From Hypanus sabinus (lineage: Eukaryota): a stretch of DNA of 64,000 nucleotides. A model generated the notes under the pieces. The model was not told the origin of the DNA and ran no database searches. It was given only the letters and a program-made list of their open reading frames with translations. The DNA lies in assembly GCF_030144855.1 (NCBI RefSeq), contig NW_026779236.1, positions 1 to 64,000 on the forward strand, read 5' to 3'. Both the position numbers and the translations under genes were made by a program. The number at the start of each line of letters is the position of its first letter. Positions within the stretch are counted from its first letter, which is position 1. This document shows positions 60,318 to 64,000 of this stretch, in pieces.

Positions 60318-62209
60318 TGTTACGTACACGCAAACCTGGGGAAAGTACCTCTTACGTGCACGCAACACTGTAAAAGTTCAGCAGCAATAGAACACACCTG
60401 GAGTCAGGTTTTGCTGTTAACAATCACTATTTTATTAGTAACTACGTAATATAGTAATTTCAACCAGGTAAACCAAGGGTTATGCATATATAGGTGTGTA
60501 AAAAGCATACTCATTAGCTAATTTGGCAGACTCCTGAAAGGGAGCATTGTTTCACTCTCATTTACGGATGTACGTACTTCAAGAGGGATGTTCCTTTTAA
60601 ATTCCGCCATTATTATAGTCCACATTTACATTTTTAGACCCATCTCTCAAACCGCCCAGCTTTATCGTAGCCAAATTCCACATATATTGGCCAGAGATTT
60701 CTTCAAATGTTTGCATCTTTCTCGATATGTTTCCGGAACCAGTTCATAGATTTCAGTATATGCTGCTTCACAATGTCATAATCAAATGCTTGCTCAGCAG
60801 TTAAAGCTCTATAAACTCGTTATGCCTTGCCTATAGTTACACCCTGTAACATCACTGGACATTTATGCTTCGGCTACTCTGAAATCACAGCAGCAGTTTA
60901 AAAATATTGAAAGCCTTACTCCTGTTTGACTCAAAGAAGGGCCGAATGTAATGCCCGGACTAACTGCGACGTTTTTCCAGAATCAGATGTCTGATCACCT
61001 GACCTTAGTTCCGCTGACGCCAGTTCAAATTCACTCCTTTTATTGTCAGCTTCCAGCCGACTGAGTTCCAAGTTAGCTTACAACTGTTTCTGTTTTAACT
61101 CAGGCTCTATTCTAAGCTTCTCAAAAGCTAACTGTTCCAGGTGTAAGTGGACCGCTGCTTTCCATACAGCGAACCTATTATACACAGCTGCATCAAAAGC
61201 ACCCTAATCTATATCTTGCTATTTTTCAGCTGAATTACAGGATTTGTTGGAGCCGTCGAAATACCCAAAAATTCCAACCTGTGGCAATCTCAGATACTTC
61301 ACTCTTTTTCGCCTTCGCTAATAACTCTGGTGATGCCAGAATGTCGACAAAATTAATTGTTGCCGAATACCACCCACAAGCCAATCAAACAAAAGAATCA
61401 GGCATTTCCCATTTCCTAGACAGACAGTAAACTAAACAAGCATTTATGCACAAAACGGAACCAAACCCGGGAGCCCCCAATTGTTATGGCACGGCAACAA
61501 AGAATATAGAACTCAGACATTATTTTTTAAAATAAACAAATAAATAAATATTTATTTAAACTCTGCTCAACAACAATCGAACAGTAAACAAAGGACAAAC
61601 TTAAATGGAAGATAACTGCTGTACGGCAACTCGAACAGTACTAAAGCGATAAATGCGAACATAGTCTGAAAGCGTTAAATGTGAACACAGTCTTTAAAAG
61701 CTAAACGTAAAAGTTCAAGTTATTGAGACGGCCAAGGTGAAGAGAGTTAGCTGAAGTAACCAATTTCTCGGCGACGTGAAGTTACTGCTGATCCCAGGCG
61801 AATCAATCCTACCTGGGCGAATTACGTTGAAAAAAAAATAAAACGGCTCAAAGGAACTGCCCTTTTTCCCTTGACGAATGTCATTGCCCGAATCCTTCCT
61901 GCTCTTATAGCAGGGATTATCTCGGATGCCGGTTGCTATCTCTTTGAACGAGGAATCAAGAAGGTCAACCCTGCAGTACTGCTGACGACATCAACTTTTC
62001 TCGATCCTTCGGTTTATCCATAATCCGGTAAATTATTCACTATCCGACTGGACTAAAACTGGCAGCGTTGCGGCGAAACTGCCGGCAATAACCTTAGAAA
62101 CTTCAGATTGAATGTAAAACACCACTTTAAAACAAAACTGCCTCATGAGACGAATACGCAGTATATCCGAGTAAATGACGAATTAAACTACGATCTGACC
62201 TCCGTCACA
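60318..62209 (-). mobile_element. Truncated Gypsy (Gmr1-like) LTR retroelement: 5' LTR about 61482-62209, PBS 61466-61479, degraded gag about 60500-61300, unrelated LTR-like end at 60318
   Basis: The LTR has TGTGACGG...TAACA termini on the minus strand. The PBS TGGGGGCTCCCGGG resembles tRNA-Pro. The gag relic reads LQGV.IGKA..VYRALTAEQA.DY..VK...YELVPE.YR. Confidence 0.7.
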
Positions 62210-62454
62210 GCAAGGTTTTCCCGTATGATACCTTTTGGAACAGGCCATCCCATGACCTCTAACGGGAAAGGTACATTATGAGACCTGACACAGGCGGGGA
62301 ATTGCATCTCCCCTCCATCATAACACAAGAAAATGTCTGCAATATGATAAACGGCGGAGTCAATGACTAGTCGCTGGGTACAAAAGGACAGAAAGTCATA
62401 ATTATTGGGAGAGTCCATGGTGAGTTACCTTCTCCTTCTCAGGAACTAAAGAAA

Positions 62455-63685
62455 TAATGACTGGGTATAAAAGTAGCGTCCATCACAGGCTCAGTCTTTG
62501 CAAGCAAGGATGGATCGTGGCTCAACCCTTTGTGCCATAATTCTTGAGAGAATTGGTGTTCAGTTCAAAACGAACATTTCCCAACGCAGGATTGTAGAGA
62601 AATTAGGTCTTTCAACATCTAGAGTACGTAATGTTGTGAAAAGATTCAGAGAATTCAGAGATATCTTAGTGCGTCAAGGGCAAGGTCGGACACCACTGTT
62701 CAGGGCGCGTGATCTTTGAGCCCTCAGGCGGCACTGCCTGAGAAACCGTCATGCTACTGTGACAATTATAGCCATCTGGGCTCGGGATTACTTCAGGAAA
62801 CCATTGTCATTTAAAACAGTCCGTCGCTGCATCCAGAAATGCAACTTGAAACTGTATTACGCAAGGATGAAGCCATGCATCAACTCTGTGCAGAAACGCC
62901 GGCGAGTTTTCAGGGCCCGAGCTCATCTCAAATGGACGGAAAGACTGTGGAACCGTGTGCTGTGGTCAGATGAGTCCACAATTCAGCTAGTCTTCGGGAA
63001 CATTCGAACGTCGAGTTCTCCGTGCCAAAGATGAAAACGACCATCCTGATTGTTATCAGCGAAAGGTGCAAAAGCCAGCATCTGTGATGGTATGGGGGTG
63101 CAACAGATCGCACCGCATGGGTGATTTGCATGTATGTCTTTCCGGGACGGCCATGCTGATTGTAGCAGGACAATGCAAGACTACATTCTGCACGGGATAC
63201 AACAGCGTGGCTTTGTAGACACAGAGTGCGTGTGCTTGACTGACCTGCTGCCAGTTCAGATCTATATCCTATTGAAAATGTATGGTGCATCATGAAGAGG
63301 AGAATCAGACAACGGAGACCACGGACTGTTGAGCAGCTGAAGTCTTATATCAAGCAAGAATGGACAAAATTTCCAATTGCAAATCTACTAGAATTAGTAT
63401 TCTCAAATCCAAAACGATTAAAAAAGTGTTATTAAAAGGAAACGTGATGTAACACAATGGTAAACTTGCCTCTGTCCCAACTTTTGTTTAGAGTGTTGCA
63501 GCCATCAAATTCTAAATGTGTGTATATTTACAAAATACAATTAAGTTGGTCAGTAAAACTATTGAAAATCTTTTATTAATACTTCTCTCAGTTAAATAAA
63601 AGTTCACGTGAATTAACATATCACAGATTTTTGTTTTTATTGCATTTTCCAAAATATCCCAACTTTTCTAGAAATCTGGTTTGTA
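62455..63685 (+). mobile_element. Degraded Tc1/mariner transposon lacking its left end
   Basis: Frameshifted transposase: FKTNISQRRIVEKLGLS, VLWSDES, QDNA, DLYPIENVW. Right TIR-like end ...ccaacttttctagaaatctggtttg followed by TA. Confidence 0.85.
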
Positions 63686-64000
63686 TATATATATTCCAAT
63701 CTAACTCTTGCATTTATAGTAAGTTGTTGTGTCTTCTCTGTTTTCTCAGCAGATGGTGAAACCTCTTGTCCGGACACAGCCAATCACGTTCATTTCTCAT
63801 TTGCTCAGAACTTTGCGACTACGTTGATAGTGTTTAATACTGTAGCCTTCCGGAGTTGTCTGTAGACATTACTGCGTAGATCCGTTCCTTTTTCTGATTG
63901 GACAGCAGTGATCAGTGTAGTTTTTCAGCAATCGGCGTTGCGACCGCTTCTTATCGCGTTGTACGTCTATGATTGACTGAAGGATTTGATTGCTTTCTGA

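Overview
Eukaryotic, repeat-rich genomic DNA, most likely from a cartilaginous fish (ray or shark). This is inferred from the V-gene types, the CR1-dominated repeat landscape and the GPR139-like receptor pair. There is no prokaryotic content and no CRISPR. Bases 1-17.7 kb hold a compact array of antigen-receptor V segments on the minus strand, best read as T-cell receptor beta V (TRBV). There are two families. Family A has a partial leader at the left edge, a Cys104Tyr ORF at 5.5-6.2 kb and an intact gene at 15.6-16.3 kb. Family B has an intact gene at 6.7-7.6 kb and three defective copies at 9.4, 11.8 and 13.3 kb. Five carry 23-bp-spacer RSSs. CRE/decamer-like promoter motifs are present, as is a set of co-oriented CTCF-like motifs. 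I found no V segment beyond about 16.3 kb. From 31 to 60 kb there are two tandemly duplicated, two-exon class A GPCR genes of the GPR139/GPR142-like type. One is intact (365 aa) and one is a pseudogene. Their extracellular segments are sharply more divergent than their TM/intracellular segments. A third duplication unit may begin at the right edge. The rest is CR1, Rex/Babar, Penelope, SINE, Gypsy-LTR and Tc1 relics, several tandem repeats and one N gap (3723-4019). All alignments and motif matches were made by eye. Identity figures are approximate and no database search was run.
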